Source of the DNA: Bdellovibrionota bacterium
Lineage (GTDB): Bacteria > Bdellovibrionota_C > UBA2361 > JBIKUX01
Length of the DNA stretch: 64,000 nucleotides
Assembly: GCA_044347345.1 (NCBI GenBank)
Contig: JBIKUX010000013.1
Span: 14,747 to 78,746, forward strand
Direction: 5' to 3'
In this document: in pieces, positions 50,481 through 61,228 of the stretch
How positions within the stretch are numbered: position 1 is the first letter of the stretch
Layout: the number at the start of each line of letters is the position of its first letter
Made by a program: the position numbers and the translations under genes
Notes under the pieces: generated by a model
Database searches by the model: none
Told to the model about the DNA's origin: nothing
The model's input: only the letters and a program-made list of their open reading frames with translations

Positions 50481-53040
50481 CGAAAGATTACACAGTGCAT
50501 TGCTAAGCAAGTTCCAAGAGTGTCGTATCGTCTTTTGGTACGACGATTCCGGAGCGTTTGAGAATCAGCTGCCCGACCTCCAGGCGGATGATATTCAGCT
50601 GCTAAATCTTGCTCAGCTTGGTAGGTTTGAAGCAAAGCTCATAATTGAAGTTCTTCATCCTACATCAAAGTTCTTGATATATGCGCCGCATAACAGACCA
50701 CCAAACGATGAAGATGTTCTCTTGGATCTGTATTTCTATAGCGGGCACTTCCGTGCAGATTCGGCTGAGATGACCAGAGACGAGTTGGGGCTTCAAGAGA
50801 TCAGCACCACAGAGTTCATAAAGGAACGACTCCCGTTCTTCACCGCCACACGAAAGGGCAAATTGAAGCCTCTTCTCGATGGCAGCGAAGATGACGCAGC
50901 TCTTGGGGCTAGGATGATTCAAGTTGTGCTTGGAGCAAGGGGTTCTTCATGCTCAGATCTGCTTCTAGCTTTATTTGAAGCCTCTAGGGCTCAAGAGATT
51001 GATGAACCCAAAGAACTTGCTGAACTGAAGAAGTTCGGTCTTGATTCGTTATTGTGGAGCCGAATTGAAGATGAATTTGGCTACACAGCACAGAAGAGAG
51101 ATATTGCTTCTCTACTTTTATCGCTAGTTTCAACAGAGATATTTTTTAGTATCGGCTCGAGTCTTCCTGCCGCAATTAGGCCTTTTGCAGTAACTGCACC
51201 CCATAAGGCAAGCCATTGTTCAGTATTCCTAACTTCATGGAGAGATAGCGGTAAGTATAAAGTCACCTATCATTGGCACCTAGAACGGCTTGAGCAGGAG
51301 CTCAAATTAAAGGAGCTGCTAGAGCCGCTACCTGCAAGCCAGCTTGTTAAAATTCAAACCTCCGAGTCTGTTGAGCGAATTCTGCTCGCTAAGTGTCGAG
51401 AACTGGTTTCAGATCTTTCGACAAAGAAAGATTTAGACGAGGCAGATGCCATAATAGCAAGTCGTCGCCATTCGCACTGGCTAATCCAAAAGCCCAAGTA
51501 TGCTGCAGCGTATCAAGCAATGAATGCTGCGCTGGGTCTTATTCGACTAAAAGATGAGTATCCAAACGGCTTCAGTGCTTTCGATTCCAAGTCATTTATT
51601 GACCTCTACACCAAAGAGCTCTATCACTTTGATGAAGGGTATCGGCTGTACTACCAGTATCTTGCCGCCGATGACGTTGCCGGCACCCTCGTACCTCTTA
51701 CGGCGAAAATAGAAGATCTTTATACGGGCTGGTTCTTACCCACACTAGCCTCGGCTTGGACTCCATTCGTGGAGAACTCACTTCTTAATTCGTGGGAAAT
51801 TCCGGGAATCGTCAATCAGCGTAATTTCTACAGAAGAGTTGTCCAACCACTTCTGAGCTCGAATCAAAAGCCTAGGGTCGCTGTTATCATAAGTGATGCT
51901 CTCCGCTATGAAGTTGCGAAGGAACTAACCGCCCAGATCAACAAGCGAGATAATACACAGGCCGAAATAAGCACTCTCTTGAGTGTTCTTCCAAGCCATA
52001 CTGCGCTTGGAATGGCAGCACTGCTCCCGCACGACCATCTCGAATACGATAATAGCGGCAACGTGCTCGTCGATGGAAAGAGCGCACAGGGATTTAGTAA
52101 TAGAGACCAGATCCTACAAACAAATGGTGGCCTTGCTCTGTCTGCTGAAGATGTAAAGACGCAACCCCGTGATAAACTGAGAGACAGAATCGGTGACGCA
52201 TCCTTAGTTTACATCTATCACAATCGAATTGATGATACTGGGGACAAAGCAAATTCTGAAAAGGAGATATTCTCTGCCGTAGCTGAGACGCTACAAGAGC
52301 TTGACTCTCTGATCGGCAAGGTCGTAAACAGCTTAAATTGTAGTGTCGCTCTCATCACAGCCGACCATGGATTTATCTTTACCTATGGCGAATTGGTTGA
52401 AACTGACCGATCTGAGCTAAATATTCTTTCAGGCAACCCAATCATTGAAAAGAAGCGTTATGTAGTGGGAAGCTCTTTGCAAATAAACGATCGCTGCTGG
52501 CGCACTAACACCTCAATTACAGTTGGTAGCAAAACCCCTCTCGACGTTCTCGTTCCTCGAGGGGTAAATCGTTTCCATTTTAAAGGGGGTGCCCGCTACT
52601 TTCACGGCGGTGCCATGCCACAAGAGATTGTTGTGCCGGTGATTACGTGCAGACGTCATAGGGATAAGGCTGCAGAGGCTACAAAGACCAGTAAGATCGA
52701 TGTCATCTTGCTTAGCCAGATAAGCACAATCACCTCACCACGGCAGACACTCAAGTTCATTCAGACAGAGCTCACCTCCGACAAACTATTACCTCGAAGA
52801 GTCTATGTCGGCTTCTACGATGACGACTTCGAGCCTGTCAGTGATGTGCATCGTCTTGTATTCGATGCGACAAACGAGACCGCAGGTCGACGAGAACAAC
52901 CAGTAACATTCGCATTTAAGGCGATTAAGTTTGATCAAGGGAAAGACTATTTCTTGCGAATTGTCGATCAAGACTCCGACATTGAATTGGCTAGACAATC
53001 GGTGAGGATAAAGATCTTGATCGCAGATGAGTTTATTTGA
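50473..53040 (+). CDS. pglZ: BREX-1 phosphatase PglZ
   Basis: IVFWYD, ISDALRYE, LPS.T.LGMAALLP, YHN.ID, TADHGF, HGG. Confidence 0.93.
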   Translation: MSDERLHSALLSKFQECRIVFWYDDSGAFENQLPDLQADDIQLLNLAQLGRFEAKLIIEVLHPTSKFLIYAPHNRPPNDEDVLLDLYFYSGHFRADSAEMTRDELGLQEISTTEFIKERLPFFTATRKGKLKPLLDGSEDDAALGARMIQVVLGARGSSCSDLLLALFEASRAQEIDEPKELAELKKFGLDSLLWSRIEDEFGYTAQKRDIASLLLSLVSTEIFFSIGSSLPAAIRPFAVTAPHKASHCSVFLTSWRDSGKYKVTYHWHLERLEQELKLKELLEPLPASQLVKIQTSESVERILLAKCRELVSDLSTKKDLDEADAIIASRRHSHWLIQKPKYAAAYQAMNAALGLIRLKDEYPNGFSAFDSKSFIDLYTKELYHFDEGYRLYYQYLAADDVAGTLVPLTAKIEDLYTGWFLPTLASAWTPFVENSLLNSWEIPGIVNQRNFYRRVVQPLLSSNQKPRVAVIISDALRYEVAKELTAQINKRDNTQAEISTLLSVLPSHTALGMAALLPHDHLEYDNSGNVLVDGKSAQGFSNRDQILQTNGGLALSAEDVKTQPRDKLRDRIGDASLVYIYHNRIDDTGDKANSEKEIFSAVAETLQELDSLIGKVVNSLNCSVALITADHGFIFTYGELVETDRSELNILSGNPIIEKKRYVVGSSLQINDRCWRTNTSITVGSKTPLDVLVPRGVNRFHFKGGARYFHGGAMPQEIVVPVITCRRHRDKAAEATKTSKIDVILLSQISTITSPRQTLKFIQTELTSDKLLPRRVYVGFYDDDFEPVSDVHRLVFDATNETAGRREQPVTFAFKAIKFDQGKDYFLRIVDQDSDIELARQSVRIKILIADEFI

Positions 53041-53054
53041 TTTAGGAGAGGACT

Positions 53055-55106
53055 ATGGCCAACCTCGCACAAGATAATTCTAATGATTCATTAGACCAGT
53101 TGGTCGCTCAGGCTTTTCCTGGGCGGGTCGTAAGAAAAGACCTCACCAAGCTCATTAAAGAAGGTGCGAATGTCCCAGTATTTGTTCTTGAGTATCTACT
53201 TGGGATGTACTGCGCCGACTCAGACCCTACTACCATTAGCGAAGGTATTGAGCGAGTGAAGGCGATACTTGCAGAGAACTATGTCAGACCCGACGAAGCT
53301 GAGAAGGTAAAGAGTAAGATTCGTGAAAAACTAGAATATAAAATCATCGATAAAGTCTCAGCGAAGCTAAACGAGAAAAAGGATCTTTATGAGGCCGCGT
53401 TCTCGAATCTCGGTCTCACGGGAGTTGAGGTTAGCTCTGTTGTAATTAAGCAACACGAAAAGCTTCTCGCCGGGGGTATCTGGTGCATCGTCACCTTAAC
53501 CTACTTCTATGACGAGGAGAAAAAGTCCTCTCCATTCGTGATTAAAGAGCTTAAGCCCATTCAGATGTCGAATGTCGATTTTAATGAGTATTCAACGGGA
53601 CGCAGCAAGTTTACCGAGGAACAATGGATAGATCTGCTCATCAGATCTATTGGAATTGAACCCTCAACGATCGAAGCCAGAACTAAGTGGCATCTCCTTG
53701 CGAGAATGGTACCTCTCGCTGAATCAAGGGTAAACTTGGTTGAACTTGGGCCCCGTAGTACCGGTAAGAGTCACATCTACAAGGAGTTTAGTCCCAATTC
53801 CATTCTGGTATCAGGTGGCCAAACCTCAACACCGAACCTCTTTTATAACCTAACCACTCGTAGAGTCGGACTGGTCGGTATGTGGGATACGGTCGCCTTC
53901 GACGAGGTTGCTGGTATTAATCTGAAGGATCAGGACGCAGTTCAGATAATGAAAGACTATATGGCCTCTGGCTCGTTTGTTCGGGGGCGAGAGCAGATTG
54001 AGGCGAATGCATCGATGGTCTTTCTTGGTAACATTAATGAGAGTGTTGAGATGTTGGTCAAGACCAGCCATCTCTTCTCACCGTTTCCAATCAACATGAT
54101 CGATACGGCTTTCCTCGACCGCTTTCATTGTTACATACCAGGGTGGGAGGTGCCTAAGTTCAATCCAACGAACTTCACAAACCGATATGGCTTTATCGTG
54201 GATTACCTAGCAGAAACACTTCGAGAGCTAAGGAAGAGAAATTTCTCTGATGCTATCGATAAGTATTTCAAACTTGGCAAAGATATCAACCAGCGAGACG
54301 CTATCGGCATCCGTAGAATGACCAGCGGACTGCTGAAGCTGCTCTATCCCAATGGAGAATATAACAAGGCAGCAGTTGAGAAGTGCCTTCGCTATTCATT
54401 GGAAGCTCGTAGAAGAGTTAAGGAGCAGCTCAAGAAGCTCGGAGGAATGGAGTTCTACGCTGTTCATTTTAGCTACCTCGATTCCGAAACTATGTCTGAA
54501 CAGTTTGTAAGCCTGCCTGAGCAAGGTGGTGGCAAACTCATTCCAGAAGGGCCACTTACTCCAGGACATCTTCATACAGTCGGTAGAGTGGGCAATGGGA
54601 ACCTCGCTCTCTATCGCTTGGAGACACAGAAGATATCTGGAAGCGGCAAGTTCAACGCCTCTGGGCTAGGCTCGTCTAGCTCGGCAAAGGAATGTGTTCG
54701 TATCGGCTCAGAGTATTTCAAAGCCAATATAAAGAATGTGACTTCAACGATTCATGCAGGTGAGTTTGATTACCACGTGCATGTTGTTGATCTGCAAGGT
54801 GCAGGCCCAACTCAAGAGTTGAGCCTTGTGACCTTTATCTCGCTCTGTAGTGTTCTCTTAGGCAAGCCTGTCCAAGACCAGATGGTGATTCTTGGGCAGA
54901 TGAGCCTCGGAGGAGCCGTTGAAAAGGTAACGAACCTTGCTGATTGCCTACAGGCTGCTCATGAAGGGGGAGCAAAGAGAGTTCTTCTCCCCATGTCGAG
55001 TGCGGGTGACTTGCAGAATGTTCCGCCTGAGTTGTTCGCAACGTTTCAGACTTCTTTCTATAGCTCGCCGGTTGATGCAGTGTTTAAGGCGCTGGGGGTG
55101 GTGTAA
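53055..55106 (+). CDS. brxL: BREX Lon-like protein BrxL
   Basis: GRVVRKDL, NVP.FVLEYLLG.YC, ELGPRSTGKSH, FDEV, MKDYMASGSF. Confidence 0.95.
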   Translation: MANLAQDNSNDSLDQLVAQAFPGRVVRKDLTKLIKEGANVPVFVLEYLLGMYCADSDPTTISEGIERVKAILAENYVRPDEAEKVKSKIREKLEYKIIDKVSAKLNEKKDLYEAAFSNLGLTGVEVSSVVIKQHEKLLAGGIWCIVTLTYFYDEEKKSSPFVIKELKPIQMSNVDFNEYSTGRSKFTEEQWIDLLIRSIGIEPSTIEARTKWHLLARMVPLAESRVNLVELGPRSTGKSHIYKEFSPNSILVSGGQTSTPNLFYNLTTRRVGLVGMWDTVAFDEVAGINLKDQDAVQIMKDYMASGSFVRGREQIEANASMVFLGNINESVEMLVKTSHLFSPFPINMIDTAFLDRFHCYIPGWEVPKFNPTNFTNRYGFIVDYLAETLRELRKRNFSDAIDKYFKLGKDINQRDAIGIRRMTSGLLKLLYPNGEYNKAAVEKCLRYSLEARRRVKEQLKKLGGMEFYAVHFSYLDSETMSEQFVSLPEQGGGKLIPEGPLTPGHLHTVGRVGNGNLALYRLETQKISGSGKFNASGLGSSSSAKECVRIGSEYFKANIKNVTSTIHAGEFDYHVHVVDLQGAGPTQELSLVTFISLCSVLLGKPVQDQMVILGQMSLGGAVEKVTNLADCLQAAHEGGAKRVLLPMSSAGDLQNVPPELFATFQTSFYSSPVDAVFKALGVV

Positions 55107-55107
55107 G

Positions 55108-56025
55108 ATGGCGATACCTGACTATGAAACCCTCATGCTTCCCGTGCTACAGTATGTTGCAGACGGCAAGGAGCACCCATTAAAGGAGATTACTGCCCAT
55201 ATGGCAGAGTCTTTTAAGCTCACCGCCGAAGAGCGAGAGCAAAGACTTCCAAGCCGGCAATCAACTTATATTCAGAACAGAACTGGATGGGCGAAGACCT
55301 ACCTCAAGAAAGCTGGGCTTCTCGCTTCACCTAAGCGAGGGCTGATTCAAATTACCGATCGAGGTCGAGAGGTCCTCTCAAAGAACCCTCAGCGAATCGA
55401 TGGGGCCTTCTTAGAGCAGTTCCCTTAGTTCAATGGCTTTCGAGCACGGTCAGCCTCGCAGCAGGAGAGCCAGAGTGTCGAAGTAGAGTCTATTGACCGA
55501 CAAACACCAGAAGAGACCATCGAGCGCAGCTATCTGGCGCTTCGTTGTCAGCTTGCTGATGAATTGCTAGAGCAAATCAAGGGCTGTTCGTCTGATTTCT
55601 TCGAGCGTCTCGTCGTAGATGTGATCGTGGCGATGGGCTACGGGGGCACTCAGCGAGATGCAGCTCGTGCTACTCAGAGATCAAATGACGGTGGTATCGA
55701 CGGAATCATCAAACAAGATCGCCTTGGACTTGATACTATCTACATCCAAGCGAAGAAGTGGGATGAAAGCCGACCGATTCATCGACCAGAGATTCAAAAA
55801 TTTGCCGGCGCTCTGCAGGGTGTAAGAGCAAGGAAAGGAATCTTCATCACGACATCATCGTTTTCAGATGGGGCTCGTGAGTACGTCGCAAACATAGACA
55901 GTAAGATCGTTCTTATTGATGGAACTGAGCTTGCGCAGTTGATGATTGACCATGGCATCGGAGTTACTCCGCATCAGACGTATGAGATTAAGAGGTTGGA
56001 TAGTGATTATTTCTTAACTGATTAA
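55108..56025 (+). pseudogene. mrr: Mrr restriction endonuclease with one in-frame TAG
   Basis: MAIPDYETLMLP..., DGGIDG, IQAKKW; TAG 55426-55428 in FP*F. Confidence 0.9.
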
Positions 56026-56032
56026 GCCCGAG

Positions 56033-56375
56033 ATGAAATTAACTCACGTATCCATTAGAAACTTTCGATCGATTAAGGAGCTTGATTTTTCGTTTCCTGA
56101 AAGTGGAGTTTTATTCCTTGTAGGGTCCAACAATGGAGGTAAGTCAAACATCATCCGAGCGATCAATTCTATCTGTGGAGAAGCATGGTTCGGCCCTGAC
56201 AAGATGCAGGACTTCGACTAGTACCAAAGAGATCAACGCCTGGAGGTCAAGATAACCTTACAATTCGATGACGGGTGTTCGGCGGTTCTGTCGTCAAACG
56301 AACAGTGGCCTAAGCTGCTCGATAGACGTGGAAACAAGATATATAAACCAAATATCAAGGAGCTTTTTCCGTGTG
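56033..56375 (+). pseudogene. OLD/GajA-like ABC ATPase N-terminal fragment
   Basis: I.NFRSI, LVGSNNGGKSNI; TAG 56219-56221; truncated at about 56375. Confidence 0.7.
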
Positions 56376-57137
56376 ACGACAGACAATGGTGCGCCTCCCT
56401 GTCTTTCCCTTCTCTAGCTTAATAAGAATATATTTCTCACCGTTAATGGTGGTTTCAGAGATGTGCTTCCACTTGAGGTTCTTGGTCTATGTGCCATGCC
56501 GCAAGCCTGTATTCGCCAGAAATAGTACGTAATCTCACATCAACTCTCGAATCATGAGCATCTGGTTCTTAACGCCGCCCCGAGGGCTGTCTTTGGTTGT
56601 GAGCTTTACGTACTCAGGCATGAACCTGTAGAGCTTTTGATACTCATGAAGCTCAAAGTACGGTCGCCTTTCCCCTTTCTTCCCGTCGTTTCGGAACGAG
56701 ATAGCTTGCGACTGGTGCATCCAGCCCTTCTCGATAGCGGTCTTGAAAACCTTGGTCAGAGCTACACTGGCGAGATTGACCGTTGATTGCTTTGCCTTTC
56801 GACCTAGTTTGCGGGTGCGCTCTTGGTCGTACTCGACGAGGTCTTGATAGGTGATGTTGCCAATATACTTGTTTCCAAAGACCACCTTAAATCGGTTGGT
56901 AACGCGGATGTAGTCTTCGTAGGTCTTCTTACCAGTGCCAGCATCGATATCAGCCTGAAGCTGCTTTGTGACGTAGTCAGCGACGTATAAGAACCGTTTC
57001 GTGTCGATGTCGATGTTGTTCTTGATTGGCTCTACTCGCACATCGAACTGCCGTTGAGCGACTTTCTTTGCTTTTTCGAGGTCGGCCACCTTGGTGCTAA
57101 ACTTCTTCCATTTACCCGTCTTTGGGTTCTTGATCAC
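56372..57137 (-). pseudogene. Tyrosine recombinase/integrase fragment
   Basis: Frame reads through TGA 56535-56537 and TAG 56487-56489 as DYVLFLANTGLRHGT*TKNLKW...GKTGRR; C-terminal catalytic half absent. Confidence 0.85.
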
Positions 57138-57164
57138 GCTATAAAGTAGTACACGCTATAAAGT
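57135..57164. repeat. 13-bp direct repeat at right island border
   Basis: cacgctataaagt at 57135-57147 and 57152-57164. Confidence 0.8.
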
Positions 57165-57432
57165 GTGCTCCACACCCGCACTGCCTAAAGAGACTGTCAC
57201 GCTTAACCATCTTATTTGTCCGAGAGACTGTTTAAGCGCAAGTTCGTTTAAGCAGTAAAAGCAGGCAACAATCTCGCAATGAAAAGATTTTTTCGTCTAG
57301 GTAGAAATTATCCTAGTCTTGCAAGTAACATTCTCGACTAGATAAATACGATCTTTTCTAAAATTGATGCAAACAACTGCCCCGCTATCGCTAGCACTTT
57401 CTTGAAAAAGCGACTATTTCACCATAAACAAA

Positions 57433-58503
57433 CTAATAATTGTTGGAGCCTAATAGGCTACCATACCAATTGAACGTCTGGTCTATTGAGTGTTTTACTG
57501 AAAACGGTCCATCAATCTGATTTATTGCCCCCTGACCTAATTTACGGCTCAATTCACGGTCTACTATCAGACGAGTTATAGCTTCTTTTAGAGCCGACAC
57601 ACTCCTAGGTGCGACTACAAGACCACTCTGTCCATCTTTAACCAATTCAGGAAGACCACCCACCGCTGTAACTATAGGAGGAACTCCCCTCGCCATAGCT
57701 TCGATTACAGCCTTTGGTAATCCCTCACGATCTATTGAAGGCATGGCAAAGATATCAGACATTCCGATTACAGATGAGACGTCTTTCCTGAAACCAAGTG
57801 AGTGGATCCGAGTATTAAGCCGTTCAGAATTTAGGAGTTTTTTCATTTCCCGATCGCGGATTTCGCCAACTAGAACCAAATGAGCGTTTAACTCAGGGTC
57901 GATATCAAGAAAAGATCGAATTAAATAAGAACCACCTTTAACTGGCCTAAAATTTGCGGCACACGTTATGATAGATGACGTTGGTGAAATGCCAAACGTT
58001 GCACGATCTATTGCTTCACTCGTATACCATCCCCTCTCATGACCTTTATGAATAGTAATTAGCTTAGCAGGTGCTACTTTAAGAGACAGGAGATAATTCT
58101 CAACTGCTTTTGAAACACAGACAACACCGTTTAAACGTGGGCTGAGATACGTTAGCCAACTTAGCGGATCAAACCTACTTAAATGACCAACAGTGCCTCG
58201 GTAAGCTACGCACTTAACTTGCAACCCTAGAGCGGCAATTAACCCGTTAGATAAAGCGCGGTTACTGAAAAAATGAACTATATCAAATGCAGGCATAATA
58301 GCCCGCATTCTCAAAATAACAGAAGGTTCTATCCGACTCTTTATAGCTAAATGATTTATAACTACTCCACCATGCTTTAGGCGCTCTTGATGAGGCGAAG
58401 TAGGATTGCAATAAATCGTGACTTCCACCCCCTTCTCAGCTAAACCTAAGAATATATGTGACTCAGGTAAATCAATTTTATCAGAAATTACCAGAACTCT
58501 CAT
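57433..58503 (-). CDS. Glycosyltransferase family 4
   Basis: KG, EGLP..VIEAMA.G.P, VGG..E.V. Confidence 0.9.
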   Translation of the reverse strand: MRVLVISDKIDLPESHIFLGLAEKGVEVTIYCNPTSPHQERLKHGGVVINHLAIKSRIEPSVILRMRAIMPAFDIVHFFSNRALSNGLIAALGLQVKCVAYRGTVGHLSRFDPLSWLTYLSPRLNGVVCVSKAVENYLLSLKVAPAKLITIHKGHERGWYTSEAIDRATFGISPTSSIITCAANFRPVKGGSYLIRSFLDIDPELNAHLVLVGEIRDREMKKLLNSERLNTRIHSLGFRKDVSSVIGMSDIFAMPSIDREGLPKAVIEAMARGVPPIVTAVGGLPELVKDGQSGLVVAPRSVSALKEAITRLIVDRELSRKLGQGAINQIDGPFSVKHSIDQTFNWYGSLLGSNNY

Positions 58504-58531
58504 AACTATGACTATAATGTGCAGAGCTTTT

Positions 58532-59497
58532 TTAAAGCTTAACGGGAGTAGCTTGAGTGGTTACTGAAGAATTTTCGGAACTTTGGTCAGAGTAACTAAC
58601 TAAACTACCTGAAGCCAGTTCCTTAGCCTCTTTATACAAACGTTCCGGATAATGTCGGATGTCCCAAACAAGACCGAGCCAGGACAATGCCTTAATTATA
58701 TAGTGACTAATGTCAACTTCCCACCAATACATTCCTTGAGACTCAGACCCAGGATAGCGATGATGGTTATTGTGCCACCCCTCACCTAGTGTAATCAGTG
58801 AAACAAGGAAACTATTTCTACTTTCATCAGTTGTAACAAATCTTTTAGTTCCATGCAGATGGGCTACCGAATTTACACAAAAAGTGCCGTGATATAAAAA
58901 AACTGTACTTACAAAGAAACCCCATGTGAGCATCTGCAACCCATTAGTTCCAAGTTGTGGAAACCAAAAATTGAGGGCGAAACCAAGAAGGTAGGTAGAT
59001 ACAGCTAAAATAACCGGTGGAATATAGTAGAACTTATCTAAGAGAACCAATTCCTTAAATTTTGCTAGGTCTTTGACCAACTCCCATCTTGTTTCAACAA
59101 ACTGAGAACTTAATACCCAGCCAACGTGTGCATAATATATTCCTGAAACTATAGGAGAGTGGACATCTTCCGGAGTGTCAGAATGCCTGTGATGATGACG
59201 ATGATGGGAAGCCCACCAAATCGGGCCTTTTTGCGCTGAAGTAGCACCCAAAAAACCTAACAAGAACTGAAAGATTCTACTGGTTTTATATGTGCGATGT
59301 GAAAAGTACCTATGATATGCGCCTGTAATAGCGAACATTCTAACAAAGTATAACATAAAACATACTGCCACCGCAGTATAGCTTACTCCCGTGAAAACGG
59401 CCATGAGACAAGCTACATGAACCATCCAAAATAAAAACTGCTTAAATAAATTTGAGATAGCGAATTTGTCGCCTGGCTCCTTGTCGCCTATAAACAT
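58532..59497 (-). CDS. Delta-9 acyl-CoA/lipid desaturase
   Basis: His boxes HRYFSH, HRHHH, HNNHH. Confidence 0.93.
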   Translation of the reverse strand: MFIGDKEPGDKFAISNLFKQFLFWMVHVACLMAVFTGVSYTAVAVCFMLYFVRMFAITGAYHRYFSHRTYKTSRIFQFLLGFLGATSAQKGPIWWASHHRHHHRHSDTPEDVHSPIVSGIYYAHVGWVLSSQFVETRWELVKDLAKFKELVLLDKFYYIPPVILAVSTYLLGFALNFWFPQLGTNGLQMLTWGFFVSTVFLYHGTFCVNSVAHLHGTKRFVTTDESRNSFLVSLITLGEGWHNNHHRYPGSESQGMYWWEVDISHYIIKALSWLGLVWDIRHYPERLYKEAKELASGSLVSYSDQSSENSSVTTQATPVKL

Positions 59498-59712
59498 TGT
59501 ACACCAATCTTATAAAAATTTGCTTCGTAATAGATCATAATACGAGTGTTACAGCTACTTCACAAGCTAACCTGTTCCCCGAACCCATACAAAGATGGTA
59601 CACAGGTAAATAACAGAAAAAAAGGTGCAAGTTAGCAAGATTAAAGCATGACCAACTCAGGCACCAAGCGTTTTGAGGCAAAAGGCGTTTTTTAGAAACT
59701 AAGAGAAACATT

Positions 59713-61200
59713 ATGGCGGCAAAAAAAATCACAATTATTCCCGGTGATGGTATAGGTCCTGAAGTAATGAGTGTCACACTAAAGGTTATAGCTGCAGCTG
59801 GTGTTAATCTTGAATACGAACATTGCATTGCTGGCGAAACAGCGTTTTCCAAAGGTATCACCTCTGGAGTTCCAACGGAAACAGTTGATTCTTTGGACAG
59901 AACTCGATTAGCTCTGAAAGGACCTCTGGCAACCCCTGTTGGTCACGGAGGTAAAAGTGCCAATGTAACTTTACGAAAACTTTTTGAAACTTTCGCAAAC
60001 ATCCGACCAGCAAAAGAACTGCCCGGAGTGCCTACACCATTTTCAGGTCGTGGTATTGACCTGGTCGTAGTGCGAGAAAATGTAGAAGACTTATACGCTT
60101 CAATTGAGTACATGCAAACCGCAACTGTGGCTCAGGGCTTAAAGCTAATTTCCCGCCTTGGATGTGAAAAAATAATTCGTACCGCTTTTGAGTATGCCCG
60201 TAGTGAAGGGCGCAAAAGTGTCCATTGCACTTCAAAAGCTAATATTATGAAGCTAACTGAAGGACTGTTTAAAAAAGTTTTTGAGGAGATTGCTCCGGAG
60301 TATCCTGACATAGTAGCTCACCATATAATCGTGGACAATCTTGCGCACCAGTTGGTTATTAAGCCCGAAGAATTTGAAGTAATAGTTGCTACAAATATGA
60401 ACGGCGACATCATAAGCGATTTAACTTCAGGACTGATTGGTGGGCTTGGTTTTGCACCATCCGCAAATATCGGAGATGATGTAGCTATATTTGAAGCAGT
60501 GCACGGTTCAGCGCCTGATATAGCCGGCAAAGATATTGCTAACCCTACCGCTCTCATTTTAACCGCTACTCTTATGCTCAGGCATATAAGAGAGCTTGAG
60601 GCGGCTCGTACAATTGAAAATGCTCTATTATACGTTTTAGAACGAGGAGAAGTAACTACGCGAGACGTGCGCAAATCTGGAGCGAAGGTGGTAGGGACTT
60701 CAGAATTTGCTGACTGCGTAATTAAAGCTTTCGGTAAAATTCCAGACCGAGGAGCCGTTCTTAAACTCACTCCTTTTAGTATTCCTACCGTCGATGCAAA
60801 GTCTCTCAGTGAAAAAGCACCGAAGGGCGTGCTTGTGGGAGTAGATATATTCGTTGATTCTCTTCTTTCTCCTCAGGAACTTGGGACTAAGCTAGAATTG
60901 GCAGCATCAGATTCGCAGTTTTTTCTTAAAATGATGTCCAATCGAGGCACTCAGGTATACCCAACGATGGGCCCTGGCACCGCGTGCGTTGACCACTACC
61001 GATGTAGATTTATTTTAAGAGACAACAGTGACAATACTAGCGGTAAGACGGATGTGAGCGATGAGGCTATAACGAAGCTTCTTCATGCAATCAGCAGAGA
61101 TACCGCGCTAGGCGGTGCAGGTATACGGTGGATGCATTTGGAGAAACTCATCACTTTAGACGGCGAAAAAGGCTATACGCTCGCTCAAGGTGAGTCTTAA
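59713..61200 (+). CDS. icd: Isocitrate dehydrogenase with C-terminal extension
   Basis: [40 protein letters not shown], terminal LAQGE. Confidence 0.92.
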   Translation: MAAKKITIIPGDGIGPEVMSVTLKVIAAAGVNLEYEHCIAGETAFSKGITSGVPTETVDSLDRTRLALKGPLATPVGHGGKSANVTLRKLFETFANIRPAKELPGVPTPFSGRGIDLVVVRENVEDLYASIEYMQTATVAQGLKLISRLGCEKIIRTAFEYARSEGRKSVHCTSKANIMKLTEGLFKKVFEEIAPEYPDIVAHHIIVDNLAHQLVIKPEEFEVIVATNMNGDIISDLTSGLIGGLGFAPSANIGDDVAIFEAVHGSAPDIAGKDIANPTALILTATLMLRHIRELEAARTIENALLYVLERGEVTTRDVRKSGAKVVGTSEFADCVIKAFGKIPDRGAVLKLTPFSIPTVDAKSLSEKAPKGVLVGVDIFVDSLLSPQELGTKLELAASDSQFFLKMMSNRGTQVYPTMGPGTACVDHYRCRFILRDNSDNTSGKTDVSDEAITKLLHAISRDTALGGAGIRWMHLEKLITLDGEKGYTLAQGES

Positions 61201-61228
61201 CTAAGGCGGAGTAAAACTAGGATATTTC

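Larger units (their letters stand above)
47110..57170. mobile_element. Decayed integrative defence island
   Basis: Visibly higher GC than flanks; excisionase-like HTH, integrase pseudogene, BREX/Mrr/AbiE/OLD-like genes; borders approximate. Confidence 0.8.

Noticed and set aside
54937-55107. N-terminal extension of Mrr overlapping brxL
   Set aside because: Mrr family start MAIPDY is at 55108
55426-56537. Stop-codon recoding (TAG readthrough) in the island
   Set aside because: Interruptions include TGA and TAA as well, map to different expected residues, long pglZ/brxL have none, and host genes end in TAG; simple decay explains it
60318-60770. Antisense ORFs inside icd, fliF, leuS and other genes
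   Set aside because: Opposite-strand shadows of well-supported genes with no motifs
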